DNA from: Micromonosporaceae bacterium
GTDB lineage: Bacteria; Actinomycetota; Actinomycetes; Mycobacteriales; Micromonosporaceae
Reading direction: 5' to 3'
Length of the DNA stretch: 60,932 nucleotides
NCBI GenBank assembly: GCA_050701795.1
Contig: JBOGDK010000001.1
Coordinates: forward strand, 1-60,932
Part shown: piece by piece, positions 18,132-27,547 of the stretch
How positions within the stretch are numbered: the stretch's first letter is position 1
Layout of the letters: each line of letters begins with the position of its first letter
Program-made: the position numbers and the translations under genes
The notes under the pieces: generated by a model
Told to the model about the DNA's origin: nothing
Database searches by the model: none
What the model saw: the letters and a program-made list of their open reading frames with translations, nothing else

Positions 18132-18605
18132 GTGGAGACCTCAGACAGAGACGACCAGGCGACCGTACGGCGGGCGGACCCCCGCGACGCCGCCGCCGTC
18201 GCCGAGGTGTGGCTGAGGTCGTACGCCGCCGCCCTTCCCACCGTCCGCCGGGCACACTCCGACGACGAGGTACGAGCCTGGTTCCGCGACGTGGTGGTGC
18301 CGTCGCGAGAGACCTGGGTCGCGGTCGTGGACGGCACGGTGGCGGCCGTGATGGTGCTGCACGGCGACTGGCTGGAGCAGTTGTACGTCGACCCGCCGTA
18401 CCAGGGGCGTGGGATCGGCGGCGACCTGACCACGCTGGCGAAGCGACGCTGTCCAGGGGGCCTGCGGTTGTGGACGTTCCAGGTGAACGCGCCGGCGCAA
18501 CGGTTCTACGAGCGGCACGGGTTCCTGGCGGTGGAGCGTACCGACGGCGCCGGAAACGAGGAGCGTGAGCCGGACATCCGGTACGTCTGGCGGCCCCGGA
18601 GCTGA
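18132..18605 (+). CDS. GNAT family N-acetyltransferase
   Basis: LYVDPPYQGRGIGGDL (acetyl-CoA-binding Q/RxxGxG/A) and RFYERHGF. GTG at 18132 is preferred because codons 18021-18131 have low GC3. The ATG at 18021 (ATGA overlap with the upstream stop) is an alternative. Confidence 0.7.
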   Translation: METSDRDDQATVRRADPRDAAAVAEVWLRSYAAALPTVRRAHSDDEVRAWFRDVVVPSRETWVAVVDGTVAAVMVLHGDWLEQLYVDPPYQGRGIGGDLTTLAKRRCPGGLRLWTFQVNAPAQRFYERHGFLAVERTDGAGNEEREPDIRYVWRPRS

Positions 18606-18694
18606 GCCCACGTGGCGAGCCGATCCGAGCCGGTGCCCGGCAGACCCGCCGTGGCAGGCCGAGCTGTGGCAGGCGGGGCCGCCAGACGTACTTG

Positions 18695-19780
18695 TCAGAT
18701 CTTGGTGACCCGTACCGCGTCGGCGATCACGTACCCGGTCGCGGTGGTCCACCGGCTCACCGCGACCAGATCCCGGTCACCGGCGGCGAGGCTGAACGTG
18801 CCGAGGGAACGCCAGGCTCCTCCCCCGCTGCGCTGGTCCACGTTCACGACCTGGTTGCCGCTGGTGGTGACGATGACGTGCGGGGTCGAGCTGCTGTAGC
18901 CGGCGTTCGACGGGTACCACACCTCGACCCGGTAGGTACCGGCCTCGGGAAGGTTCACCTTGAACCACGCAGCGTCGCTGGCGAGCACGGGATCGGCGTA
19001 CCGGTAGTTGGTGCCGTACCGGGCGCTGGAGAACGTCGAGACACCCCAGTTGGCGCTGGCAGTGAATCGGCCAGCGGTCGCGTTGTCCACGATCACGCTC
19101 CAGGAACCGCCGCCGCCCGCGAGTCGCTCGGCGACGTCGGCACGCAGCTGCGGCAACCTGCTGTAGAGCACATCGCCCGGGCAGGCGGTGGAATTCACGT
19201 CCCGGTGGCCGATGATCCTGCTGGTCGCGATGCCGTACTCCTGGCAGATGTACGCGCAGTGGTCCACCAGCGCGTCGTACAGCGCGGTCGTCGGACCCAC
19301 GGATGTGTACGTTCCTTCGTTCTCGATCCCGATCGACGTGCTGTTCGCGCTGCCGGCGTGGGCGCCGTGGACGAACCTGATGCCGTCCCGCAGGGTCTCC
19401 AGGCTGCGGTGCCGGCCTTCGGTGACGTACCCGCCGCGGCTGATCGTGAAGTGCTGTCCGGTGTCGATCCAGCCGTTGTTGTCCATGTGCCAGTTCTGGA
19501 TCGACCGGGACAGCGCGAACGCGTGCGACAGCGAGTAGTCGGTGGAGTTGGACGTCGCCGTGTGGTGGATGATCAGGTTGGTGGGCCGGTAGTTGTTGAT
19601 CGACACCGCGGACCGCGGGGGCCGGGCGCCCCACTCCGCGGTGCCGTAGATCCGCGGTTCCGGTACCGCGGCGTACGCCGCCGCGCTCCGGACCAGTTCG
19701 AACCCACCGGCGGCGACGCCGACGCCGAGCAGGACGGCGCCGCGCATCAGGTCACGGCGGGGTAGACGGGCAGCGGACAT
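18695..19780 (-). CDS. Secreted N-acetylmuramoyl-L-alanine amidase (Amidase_2/PGRP type) with a C-terminal ~135-aa module
   Basis: Twin-arginine-like signal MSAARLPRRDLMRGAVLLG. LIIHHTAT and IIGHRDVNSTACPG amidase_2 motifs. ATG at 19780 is preceded by GGAGG. Confidence 0.85.
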   Translation of the reverse strand: MSAARLPRRDLMRGAVLLGVGVAAGGFELVRSAAAYAAVPEPRIYGTAEWGARPPRSAVSINNYRPTNLIIHHTATSNSTDYSLSHAFALSRSIQNWHMDNNGWIDTGQHFTISRGGYVTEGRHRSLETLRDGIRFVHGAHAGSANSTSIGIENEGTYTSVGPTTALYDALVDHCAYICQEYGIATSRIIGHRDVNSTACPGDVLYSRLPQLRADVAERLAGGGGSWSVIVDNATAGRFTASANWGVSTFSSARYGTNYRYADPVLASDAAWFKVNLPEAGTYRVEVWYPSNAGYSSSTPHVIVTTSGNQVVNVDQRSGGGAWRSLGTFSLAAGDRDLVAVSRWTTATGYVIADAVRVTKI

Positions 19781-19978
19781 GGGAGCCTCCTGAGCAGGGG
19801 TGAACGGGGGGTGGTGTGTGGTGCCGGGGGGTGTGGTGCGGGTGGGACCAGATCGTGGGTCCCGCAACGTCGCTGTGAGGACATCGAGGGGCCCGTGACG
19901 CGGCGGGACGGGCACGGCCAGGGTGGCCGGAGAACTCGCGACCGGCCTGACGGGAGGGCCAGGACCGGTGTCGCACCG

Positions 19979-21973
19979 TTACGCCCGGGTGATCCGGACC
20001 GCGTCGGCGATCACGTACCCGGTGGTGGACGTCCACCGGCTCACACCTACGACGTTCTGGGCACCGACTGCCAGCGAGAACGTGCCCAGGCTGACCCAGC
20101 GGCCGCCGTTCGTACGCTGGTCGACCCGTACGGTCGTCAGGCCACCGACGGCATCCACCAGGTACGGGGTGGCGCTGTTGTACCCAGGGTCGGCCGGATA
20201 CCAGACCTCGATGCGGTACGTGCCCGCCTCCGGGATGGTGGCGCGGTACCAGGCCGGGTCACTGGCCGGCACCGGCGAGGCGAACCGGTAGCTGGTGCCG
20301 TACCGCTGGCTGGACCAGGTGGAGGTGCCCCAGTTGGCGCTGGCCGCGAAATCGCCACTGGTGTTGTCGACGATGGTGGTCCAGGTACCTGAGCCGGTCA
20401 CCACCCGCCGCCCGCTGCTGGGGCTCTCGTTGTGCAGCCGGTCCAGGGCGGTGACGTAGTAGGTGTATGTCCCGGAGCCAGCCGCGGTGTCGGTGAAGGT
20501 GGTGTCGCGCACCGTCCCGATCAGATGCTGGGCGTCGGCGAACCCGCAGGGGTCGGCGGTGACGTCACCGGAGAACCGGTAGACCGCGTACGAGGTGCCC
20601 TCGCCGGTCCACGTCAGCCGGATCCCGTCGGTGCCCCGGGTGGCCCCGGTGATCGTCGGTGCCGCCGGGGGCGCGCCCCCGAGCTGCGGCATCACCGGGA
20701 TCAACGCGGGCCGCGAGTAGTGGTCGGTCGCGACCCTGCTGATCCCACCGAGCCGGTCGGCCCGGACGTCCTTCGCGCTGAACCACACGTCGCCTGTGAC
20801 CTGCGAGTAGCCGCGATTGAGGGTGAGGTGCCGGGTCAGCTCGGTCGGGTCGTCCCACGCTCCCCCGGTGCCCACCTTGTACGCCGCCTGCCCCACGTAC
20901 AGGTCCACGTCGGTGCCGGCGACCACGTCCGACCACCACGGCACCAGCTTCGCGTAGTCCGCCGCGGACTGGCCGATGTACCAGTAGAGCTGCGGATTGA
21001 TGTAGTCCAACCAGCCCTGCCTGACCCACCTGCGGGAGTCCGCGTAGATCGCGTCGTAGGACTGCAGCCCGTTGGTGTCCGAGCCGAGCGGGTCGGTCGC
21101 GGAGTTCCGCCAGATCCCGAACGGGCTGATCCCGAACTTCACCCACGACTTCGTGTCATGGATCCGCTGGTCCATCTCCTGCACCAGGAGGTTGACGTTG
21201 TTACGGCGCCAGTCGCCGATGTTGTCGAACCCGGCGCCGTACCGCTCGTAGGTCTCCTGATCCGGGATCGTGACACCGCTGACCGGGTACGGGTAGAAGT
21301 AGTCGTCGAAGTGCACCCCGTCGACGTCGTAGTTCTCCACGGCGTGCAGGATCGCGCCCTCGACGTGGCGGCGTACCTCGGGGATTCCAGGGTTGTAGTA
21401 GAGCTTCCCGCCGTACGAGAACGCCCAGTCCGGGTGCTGCCGTACCGGGTGGGAGGAGTGGAGCCGGCTCCGGTCGGTGTGCATCGCCACCCGGTACGGG
21501 TTGAACCAGGCGTGGAACTCCAGGTTCCGCTTGTGTGCCTCGCTGACCAGGAAGGCAAGCGGGTCGTACCCGGGGTTGGTGCCCTGGGTGCCGGTCAACC
21601 ACTCCGACCACGGCTCGTACGGTGACGGCCAGAACGCGTCGGCGGTGGGCCGGACCTGCACCACCACCGCGTTGAAGTTGCGTTGCCGGGCGAGGTCCAG
21701 CCAGGACAGGTATTCCGCCTTCTGGGCCGAGATGCTCAACCCGGTACGGCTCGGCCAGTCGATGTTGGCGACACTGGCGATCCACATCGCACGGAACTGG
21801 CGCTTCGGTTTCGCGGGATCCAGAGTGCAGAGGATGGTCGGTGTCTCATCGGGGACGGCCGCGATCCCGGGGGACGTCGAGGCGACCAGGACACCGGCCG
21901 ACACGGCGCACACCGTGAGGACCGCCACTGTGTGGCGGATCAGGTGACCGAGGGAGATCCGCGGTGCACTCAT
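19979..21973 (-). CDS. Secreted GHL10-type (family 10-like, YngK/DUF187) glycosyl hydrolase with an Fn3-like domain and the same C-terminal module
   Basis: FRAMWIASVANIDWPS...FNAVVVQVRP..DAFWPS...EFHAWFNPYR. The start MSAPRISL at 21973 precedes a signal peptide. The upstream 160 aa of the track ORF is Arg/Gly-rich noise. Confidence 0.8.
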   Translation of the reverse strand: MSAPRISLGHLIRHTVAVLTVCAVSAGVLVASTSPGIAAVPDETPTILCTLDPAKPKRQFRAMWIASVANIDWPSRTGLSISAQKAEYLSWLDLARQRNFNAVVVQVRPTADAFWPSPYEPWSEWLTGTQGTNPGYDPLAFLVSEAHKRNLEFHAWFNPYRVAMHTDRSRLHSSHPVRQHPDWAFSYGGKLYYNPGIPEVRRHVEGAILHAVENYDVDGVHFDDYFYPYPVSGVTIPDQETYERYGAGFDNIGDWRRNNVNLLVQEMDQRIHDTKSWVKFGISPFGIWRNSATDPLGSDTNGLQSYDAIYADSRRWVRQGWLDYINPQLYWYIGQSAADYAKLVPWWSDVVAGTDVDLYVGQAAYKVGTGGAWDDPTELTRHLTLNRGYSQVTGDVWFSAKDVRADRLGGISRVATDHYSRPALIPVMPQLGGAPPAAPTITGATRGTDGIRLTWTGEGTSYAVYRFSGDVTADPCGFADAQHLIGTVRDTTFTDTAAGSGTYTYYVTALDRLHNESPSSGRRVVTGSGTWTTIVDNTSGDFAASANWGTSTWSSQRYGTSYRFASPVPASDPAWYRATIPEAGTYRIEVWYPADPGYNSATPYLVDAVGGLTTVRVDQRTNGGRWVSLGTFSLAVGAQNVVGVSRWTSTTGYVIADAVRITRA

Positions 21974-22059
21974 CGGCGACGTCCTTGACAGTGTCGGACG
22001 ATTTGCTGTTGTTGTAGGAAAGTTTCGAGCAACACCACGTCCACCGCAATAGCCGGGGG

Positions 22060-22272
22060 TCAGGAACCTCGGACGTCGATCACCATGCTGAGCACGAACA
22101 GCGCCACCACCGCGACCGCGCCGGTCAGCACCAGCGCCGCCCCGGCGAGCACTCCGGTGATCAGCAGGATCGCGGTGAGCGCCAGTGCGGTGACCACGGC
22201 GGCGGCGATCTTCCAGTCGTCGCCGATGATGAAGTCGTACCAGAACCTGCCGAATGCGGTGAGAAGCCGCAT
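22060..22272 (-). CDS. Small membrane protein (70 aa)
   Basis: MRLLTAFGRFWYDFIIGDDWKIAAAVV followed by two hydrophobic helices. Starts 2 nt after the upstream gene's stop. Confidence 0.55.
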   Translation of the reverse strand: MRLLTAFGRFWYDFIIGDDWKIAAAVVTALALTAILLITGVLAGAALVLTGAVAVVALFVLSMVIDVRGS

Positions 22273-22274
22273 CG

Positions 22275-23057
22275 TCACACCTCCTCGGCAACTGGCGTGG
22301 CATGCCGAAGCTTCGGAAGTACGGCGACCAGCACCCGGGAGACCACGAACCACACCACGAGCAGGCCGACGATGGCCCAGTCACCACCGGGCCACGCCAT
22401 GCTCTGGTGCCCGGGTCGCAGCGCCCCGAGCCCTTCCACGGCCCAGTACGTGCCAAACGCGCCGAGCAGCAGGCCGACCCCGTACTTGAGGGTGTTCTCC
22501 GGTATGGCGGCCAGCGGACTGTGCAGCACCGCGCCGAGAACGAGCACGATCGCGCCCGCGCTCACAGCTCCCCAGATGGCGGCCGGCATGTTGTTCGCGC
22601 TGAGCCCGAAAGTGATCACGATGAAGACGACCTCCACTCCTTCCAGGAACACGCCCTTGAGTGACACCACGAAGCCGAACATGTCGACGCCGTGGCGCTC
22701 GTTATCGCCCGCGGCGCGCGCGGCGGCGGTCTGGCTGGCGTACTCCTGGCTCTCGTCATGAAGTGCCTTCAGCCCGCTGGCACGCAGGGTGGCCCTACGC
22801 AGCCACTGCAGGCCGAAGATCAGCAGCAGCGTGCCGACGACGAGCTGCAGCGCCGCCTCGGGTAGCCAGGTGCTCAGCGCGTAACCGGCCGCGGCGGTGA
22901 ACGCCGCGAGCGCGACCAGCGCCGCCGCGGCGCCTGCCAGGGCAGAACGCCAGCCACGGGTGAACCCCATGGCGAGCACGATCGTCAACGCCTCGACGAA
23001 CTCGACGAACGAGGCGAGAAAAGTGGCTGTCACCACCCCCCAGGTTGCGGCGCCCAC
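22275..23057 (-). CDS. Integral membrane protein (possibly TMEM165/GDT1-like)
   Basis: 260 aa, about six hydrophobic helices in two halves (FVEFVEALTIVLAMG / FLEGVEVVFIVITFG). Family assignment is tentative. Confidence 0.6.
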   Translation of the reverse strand: MGAATWGVVTATFLASFVEFVEALTIVLAMGFTRGWRSALAGAAAALVALAAFTAAAGYALSTWLPEAALQLVVGTLLLIFGLQWLRRATLRASGLKALHDESQEYASQTAAARAAGDNERHGVDMFGFVVSLKGVFLEGVEVVFIVITFGLSANNMPAAIWGAVSAGAIVLVLGAVLHSPLAAIPENTLKYGVGLLLGAFGTYWAVEGLGALRPGHQSMAWPGGDWAIVGLLVVWFVVSRVLVAVLPKLRHATPVAEEV

Positions 23058-23153
23058 CGCAACTCCTCTCCGTCACACAGCCGCCATGATGTGGCGCCTG
23101 TTCCCCACCACGCTAAGCATGATGGGGCCTCGAGAGGGGGTTTCCGGACCAAC

Positions 23154-24407
23154 TCAACGGCAGGGGAAGTTGCTCCTGGTACAAGTCACCCCGGTGTTGT
23201 ACGCGGAGTTGAAGTGGGTGTAGTAGGCGTCGTACAGCGGATGTGTGCCCCCGGTCTCCGAGGCCATCTTGACGAAGATCTCGTCGTTCTCGTTCAACGC
23301 GTCCTGAGTCCAGTTCTGAGAGCCGCTGTACACCTTGTACTGGTACGAGGTGCCGTACTTGCCGTACGCGAGGAAGAACTTGTCGTGGATCTTGTCCTTC
23401 CTGTGGATCGCCACACCCGCGCTGAGCAGGTCGTCGTAGACGGCCCGGCTCATGGAGATCCCGTCGGTCGAGTTGCCGCCCACCGCCATCCAGACGTGGC
23501 AGCCCTTCGACTTCATGCTCTTGACCTGGCTGACCAGTTTCGGGCGTCCTCCGGTGACAGCCGCCATCCCGATTCTCAGTCGGCAGTTGCTGTCCGGCGT
23601 CATGTCGTTGATCCGGGTCACGATCGTGTCGGTCTCGTTGGCACCTTCCGGCGAGGCGTACGCGTCCGCGGCGGTCGCCTGGTAGTAGCCGCGACCGGAT
23701 GCTGAGTCGTAGTAGTTGTTGCCGGAGTAGTGCCTGCGGTTCCACATGTCGGAGAAGTTGGCGTTGAGACCGTTCATGAACCCGGTGTCGCCGTAGATCG
23801 TGATCGTGTTGTTGAACGCGTCAGGGCCGCTGGAGTAGGTGAGGTTCGCCGATCCGAACCAGGAGACGCTGCTCCGGGCCACACCGTTGGGGTCCTTTGT
23901 GGACGTGAAGGTGAACATCTTCGTGTGCATGTCACCGTCCGCGCTGGTGCTGATGCACCCACGGCCACCGCTGCTGTTCTGGCAGAACTTGTGGTACGTC
24001 AGTTGCTTCAGTGTGCTCACCGCGGGGTCGGTGGAGGATTCGTTCTTACCGTCGATCACCACCATCACGGTGACGCCACGGTTCTGCGCCGCCAGCAACG
24101 CGTCGGCGACAGAGTTGATGCTGATCGAGTGGATCGCACCTTTGATGGTCGAACCGGCAGGCGCCGCGTTGATGAGACGCTGCAGTTCGGTGTGGATGGT
24201 GTAGTCGCGACCTGCGCTGGGGTTACTGAAGTGGGCCCACACGGGGTAGCCGGCGATGATCGCCGACCTGGAAAACCCGGCGGCACCCACCGATCCTTGC
24301 GGCGTTGACGTGGATCCGGACGCGGCCACCGGGGAGGCGAGCCCGCCTACCAGGGCCAGGAGAACTGCCAGGGAGCCAAGGGAACCGGCGGGTAGCGAAA
24401 TCCTCAT
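23154..24407 (-). CDS. Secreted phospholipase D superfamily protein (two HxK...GSxN motifs)
   Basis: Signal peptide MRISLPAGSLGSLAVLLALVGG. HTKMF...FGSANLT and HDKFF...SGSQNWT form a pseudo-dimeric PLD fold. Confidence 0.75.
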   Translation of the reverse strand: MRISLPAGSLGSLAVLLALVGGLASPVAASGSTSTPQGSVGAAGFSRSAIIAGYPVWAHFSNPSAGRDYTIHTELQRLINAAPAGSTIKGAIHSISINSVADALLAAQNRGVTVMVVIDGKNESSTDPAVSTLKQLTYHKFCQNSSGGRGCISTSADGDMHTKMFTFTSTKDPNGVARSSVSWFGSANLTYSSGPDAFNNTITIYGDTGFMNGLNANFSDMWNRRHYSGNNYYDSASGRGYYQATAADAYASPEGANETDTIVTRINDMTPDSNCRLRIGMAAVTGGRPKLVSQVKSMKSKGCHVWMAVGGNSTDGISMSRAVYDDLLSAGVAIHRKDKIHDKFFLAYGKYGTSYQYKVYSGSQNWTQDALNENDEIFVKMASETGGTHPLYDAYYTHFNSAYNTGVTCTRSNFPCR

Positions 24408-24537
24408 GCTGCACAATGCTGATTGGAAACCTTCACTGTCAACGGTTGCTCAGAAGGAAATATGCACGGGGTGTGGTTGCAGCCCGACACCAACCCCGAC
24501 ACCCGGAGGCCGTACGGTGCTCCGCCCAGCGGACCCG

Positions 24538-25155
24538 TTACATGGGGAAGTACTTGATCGTGGCCGGCTTGCCTCCCGGGCCACCGAACGCGGGGAACCG
24601 GGCCACCAGCCAGCCGTCACCCATGCCGATCAGCTCGGCGTCCCGAGCTCGCCACAGTTGCCGACCGTTGCGCGCGTCGGCCACCCGAAGGTCCGCGATC
24701 GGATCGACGCGGCCGTCCGCTGACAGGGCTTGCCCATCGAACGCGAAGACGCCACCCACGGCCCCGAATCCGCCGAACCTGCCGAACCCGCGGAGCGCCG
24801 GCAGTCGCCGCCACCGTTCCCTACCGCCTGTGATGTCCACTGCGACAAACTCCACGTGTGCGCCGGCGGGATCCGTCCCGGCGTCGCGGAGCAGCACAGC
24901 GATGTCGCCATCGACAGCGACCACAGGGGAGGCGAACGAGCCCCGCCACGCGTTCTCTCCGGTCGCGAAATCGACCAGCTTCGGCCGCTCCGACTGTCTG
25001 TAGTGGACCACCAGCATCTCGGACAACAGCAGGGGAAGCCCCGGACAGTCGCCGGCGATCTCCTCCGGTGCCCGGGTCAGAGGCACCCTGTTGATCAACG
25101 TACGGTCACCAAGGTTCCGTGACCACTGCTTCCGCCCGGTACGCACGTCCCGCAC
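24538..25155 (-). pseudogene. PQQ-like (BamB-type) beta-propeller repeat protein, probable N-terminally truncated remnant
   Basis: About four blades with the recurring tG...W signature (TGRKQWSR, TGENAWRG, GGRERWRR, NGRQLWRA). The frame stays open upstream to 25344 with no ATG/GTG/TTG start, and it overlaps the 3' end of the neighbouring ORF. Confidence 0.5.
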
Positions 25156-25268
25156 CGTCAGCTCACCAGGGCAACTCCACCGCGGCCGCTGATCCCGTCT
25201 TACGTCGCCGACTCGACGGTGTCGGGTCAGGACCCGGAACCAGGGCCCTGACCCGACCGGTAGTCCAC

Positions 25269-25886
25269 TCAGGCCGCGCTCGTGGCCAGTTCCCAGTGGT
25301 GGGCGTACGCGACAGCCTCCGACTGCATCCAGCCCGCGAAGCCTTTACGGACTCGCTTCCCCGGCCTGAACCATGTGCCGCGCCGCACGTCGACGACGAC
25401 CGCGGCGCCGTCCGGCAGCAGCGACGGCATTCCACGACGCATCGCATCGAGAACCACCTGCGCCACGTCCCGGGAAAGCGGTGCCTGTTTCAGGTAGAGA
25501 ACGCATACGTCGGTCGTACCGTTCGCGCGCCGCAGGCCCAGGTCCGGCTTTACCCTCACCGTGACAGGACCGATGTCGACGGTTGTCTCGCCCACCGGCA
25601 CATAGCTCGGACGCCTGGTCGGCATCGTCCCCAGCCAACCCGAGGTGAGCTGCTTGTAGTGGGGAGCCTGCACCGGGCGTGCTCGCTCCACGGCCTGCGC
25701 CAACATCACCTCATCGCGGCATTCCTGGCGGCCGCGCTTGATGGCGATCCGAATGGGTTGGTAGAACATCCAGGCAGCGCCACCGGGCGCGTACATCGCG
25801 GCCTGTGCACTAATCAGACCGATCCGGCGACCTCCCGCCGTGTTGACGTAGTCGGCGAAGGTGAGGACGTTGATTCTCGGTGTCAC
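25269..25886 (-). CDS. Hypothetical protein (about 206 aa), no recognisable family
   Basis: Balanced amino-acid composition and high GC3 from VTPRINVLTFADYVN onward. The first 26 codons of the track ORF have low GC3 and were trimmed. Confidence 0.5.
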   Translation of the reverse strand: MTPRINVLTFADYVNTAGGRRIGLISAQAAMYAPGGAAWMFYQPIRIAIKRGRQECRDEVMLAQAVERARPVQAPHYKQLTSGWLGTMPTRRPSYVPVGETTVDIGPVTVRVKPDLGLRRANGTTDVCVLYLKQAPLSRDVAQVVLDAMRRGMPSLLPDGAAVVVDVRRGTWFRPGKRVRKGFAGWMQSEAVAYAHHWELATSAA

Positions 25887-26255
25887 TCCGGGTACCACCT
25901 CTCTGCCCAAAGGCAATCCCGTGACACCACACGCGTGACGATTTCCCAATTGGTGTGTACACACCCGAGGTGAAACCGTTAGGGTCGCGTTGTCTACGCG
26001 CGGACCCGGTGCGGGTGGCGCCGCCTGGAGCGGGCCCTCCGCCCCGGGTTCCTTCCATTCTACTGTGGACGTCTGTCAATTTCCGCGCTCCGGAGCCCGG
26101 CGGAACGACACGTATTCCAACGCTCCCGGAGCGCGTCGAGTGGTCGAGAAACCGCAGTCCCAGGAGCCGCGGTGAGCCCGCTATTCAAGCGACGTCCGGG
26201 CTCGCTCGGACACGGCAGATGGCAGTCACCAGGCGGCTACCTCTAGGATCTCCGC

Positions 26256-27404
26256 ATGCCTGGACCGATGAGACTTCTCGGGCAGTCACCACTCGGCTAC
26301 AGAGAGCAAGACCTTGACGTTGTCCGAGGGTTGGCGATCCTGCTCGCGATGGGTTGGCACCTCAACGGTGCGGCCACCGGTATCGGTGTCATCGACGCCC
26401 TCCGGTGGCCCGGAACGACGTTCGGCTGGGCCGGTGTGGACCTGTTCTTCGTTCTCTCTGGCCTCCTCGTCGGACGGCTCATCTTTCGGGAGATCGAAAA
26501 CACCGAACACTTCGACCGCAGGAGATTCCTCGTCCGAAGAATCTTCAAACTCTGGCCCGTGCTCTACGTCTTCCTGATTGCCCAGCTACTCCTCGGCGAC
26601 AACCCGTGGAACACCTACTTCTTCCAGACGCTGCTTCACGTACAGAACTACGCCGACACCTCCCACAAACACCTGTGGTCGTTGGCCGTGGAAGAACACT
26701 TCTACCTGGCCGCCGCGCTTCTCCTACCTTTCGCCGTACGCCGCAAGTGGCCCAGCTCGGCACTTCTCTGCGCGTTGCTGGCGGTCGTCGCGGTGGAGCC
26801 GATAGCACGCACCGCGGGATACCTCGCCGGAGAGCCGTACGTCGACCTGCAGTGGCTGACCCATTTCCGGGTCGACGGACTCGCCCTCGGCCTTGCCCTT
26901 GCGGTACTGCAGGTGTATCACGCACCGGTATTCGATCGGCTGGTCGCTATGAAGGTGTTGTGGGCGGCGATTACCGTGGCGGGCCTGGTGTGGCTGATCC
27001 TGGTGCCGAAGTACAGCCTTCTCGGGTCGACCATCGGCTATACGGTCACCGCGGTGACCGGCGTGGCTGTGATGCTCGGCATTTACCGATCCCGGATCGC
27101 GGCCACGCTACGGAAACCATTGAGCGTCGTCGCCGTCCTTGGAGTATTCAGCTACTCGATCTACATCTGGCATATCGCCGCCGCCAGCGCGTACGAGAAG
27201 CTCGCGGCGTGGCTGAAGGTGGAGGTTCCGGCGTGGGCTGACCTCGGTCTGCGTTACTTCTCGGCGATAGCCGTTTCGATCATCATGGTCCGGATGGTGG
27301 AGTGGCCAGCACTGCAACTGAGAAACCGGCTTTTTCCCACGCAATCCACGGTGCGGGAGCCCGAGCCGCTCAGCGCGCGTACCGGTGAGCCCGGGCCAGC
27401 ATGA
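26256..27404 (+). CDS. Acyltransferase family 3 (OafA/YrhL-like) membrane protein
   Basis: LDVVRGLAILLAMGWH...GVDLFFVLSGLL and about 10 TM helices. GC3 is visibly lower than in the backbone genes. Confidence 0.8.
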   Translation: MPGPMRLLGQSPLGYREQDLDVVRGLAILLAMGWHLNGAATGIGVIDALRWPGTTFGWAGVDLFFVLSGLLVGRLIFREIENTEHFDRRRFLVRRIFKLWPVLYVFLIAQLLLGDNPWNTYFFQTLLHVQNYADTSHKHLWSLAVEEHFYLAAALLLPFAVRRKWPSSALLCALLAVVAVEPIARTAGYLAGEPYVDLQWLTHFRVDGLALGLALAVLQVYHAPVFDRLVAMKVLWAAITVAGLVWLILVPKYSLLGSTIGYTVTAVTGVAVMLGIYRSRIAATLRKPLSVVAVLGVFSYSIYIWHIAAASAYEKLAAWLKVEVPAWADLGLRYFSAIAVSIIMVRMVEWPALQLRNRLFPTQSTVREPEPLSARTGEPGPA

Positions 27405-27547
27405 GCCTTTCCGCGGGGAACGCCGTCATGCCGGCGGTGGCCATTGCGGGGAATCACGACCGGCGGCTGATGGACATGGCCGAAGGCCGTTCCAAGTAGG
27501 CCTTCAAGGGAACCGACCCAGGCGCCCGACCACCGCGGGCCGCAACC

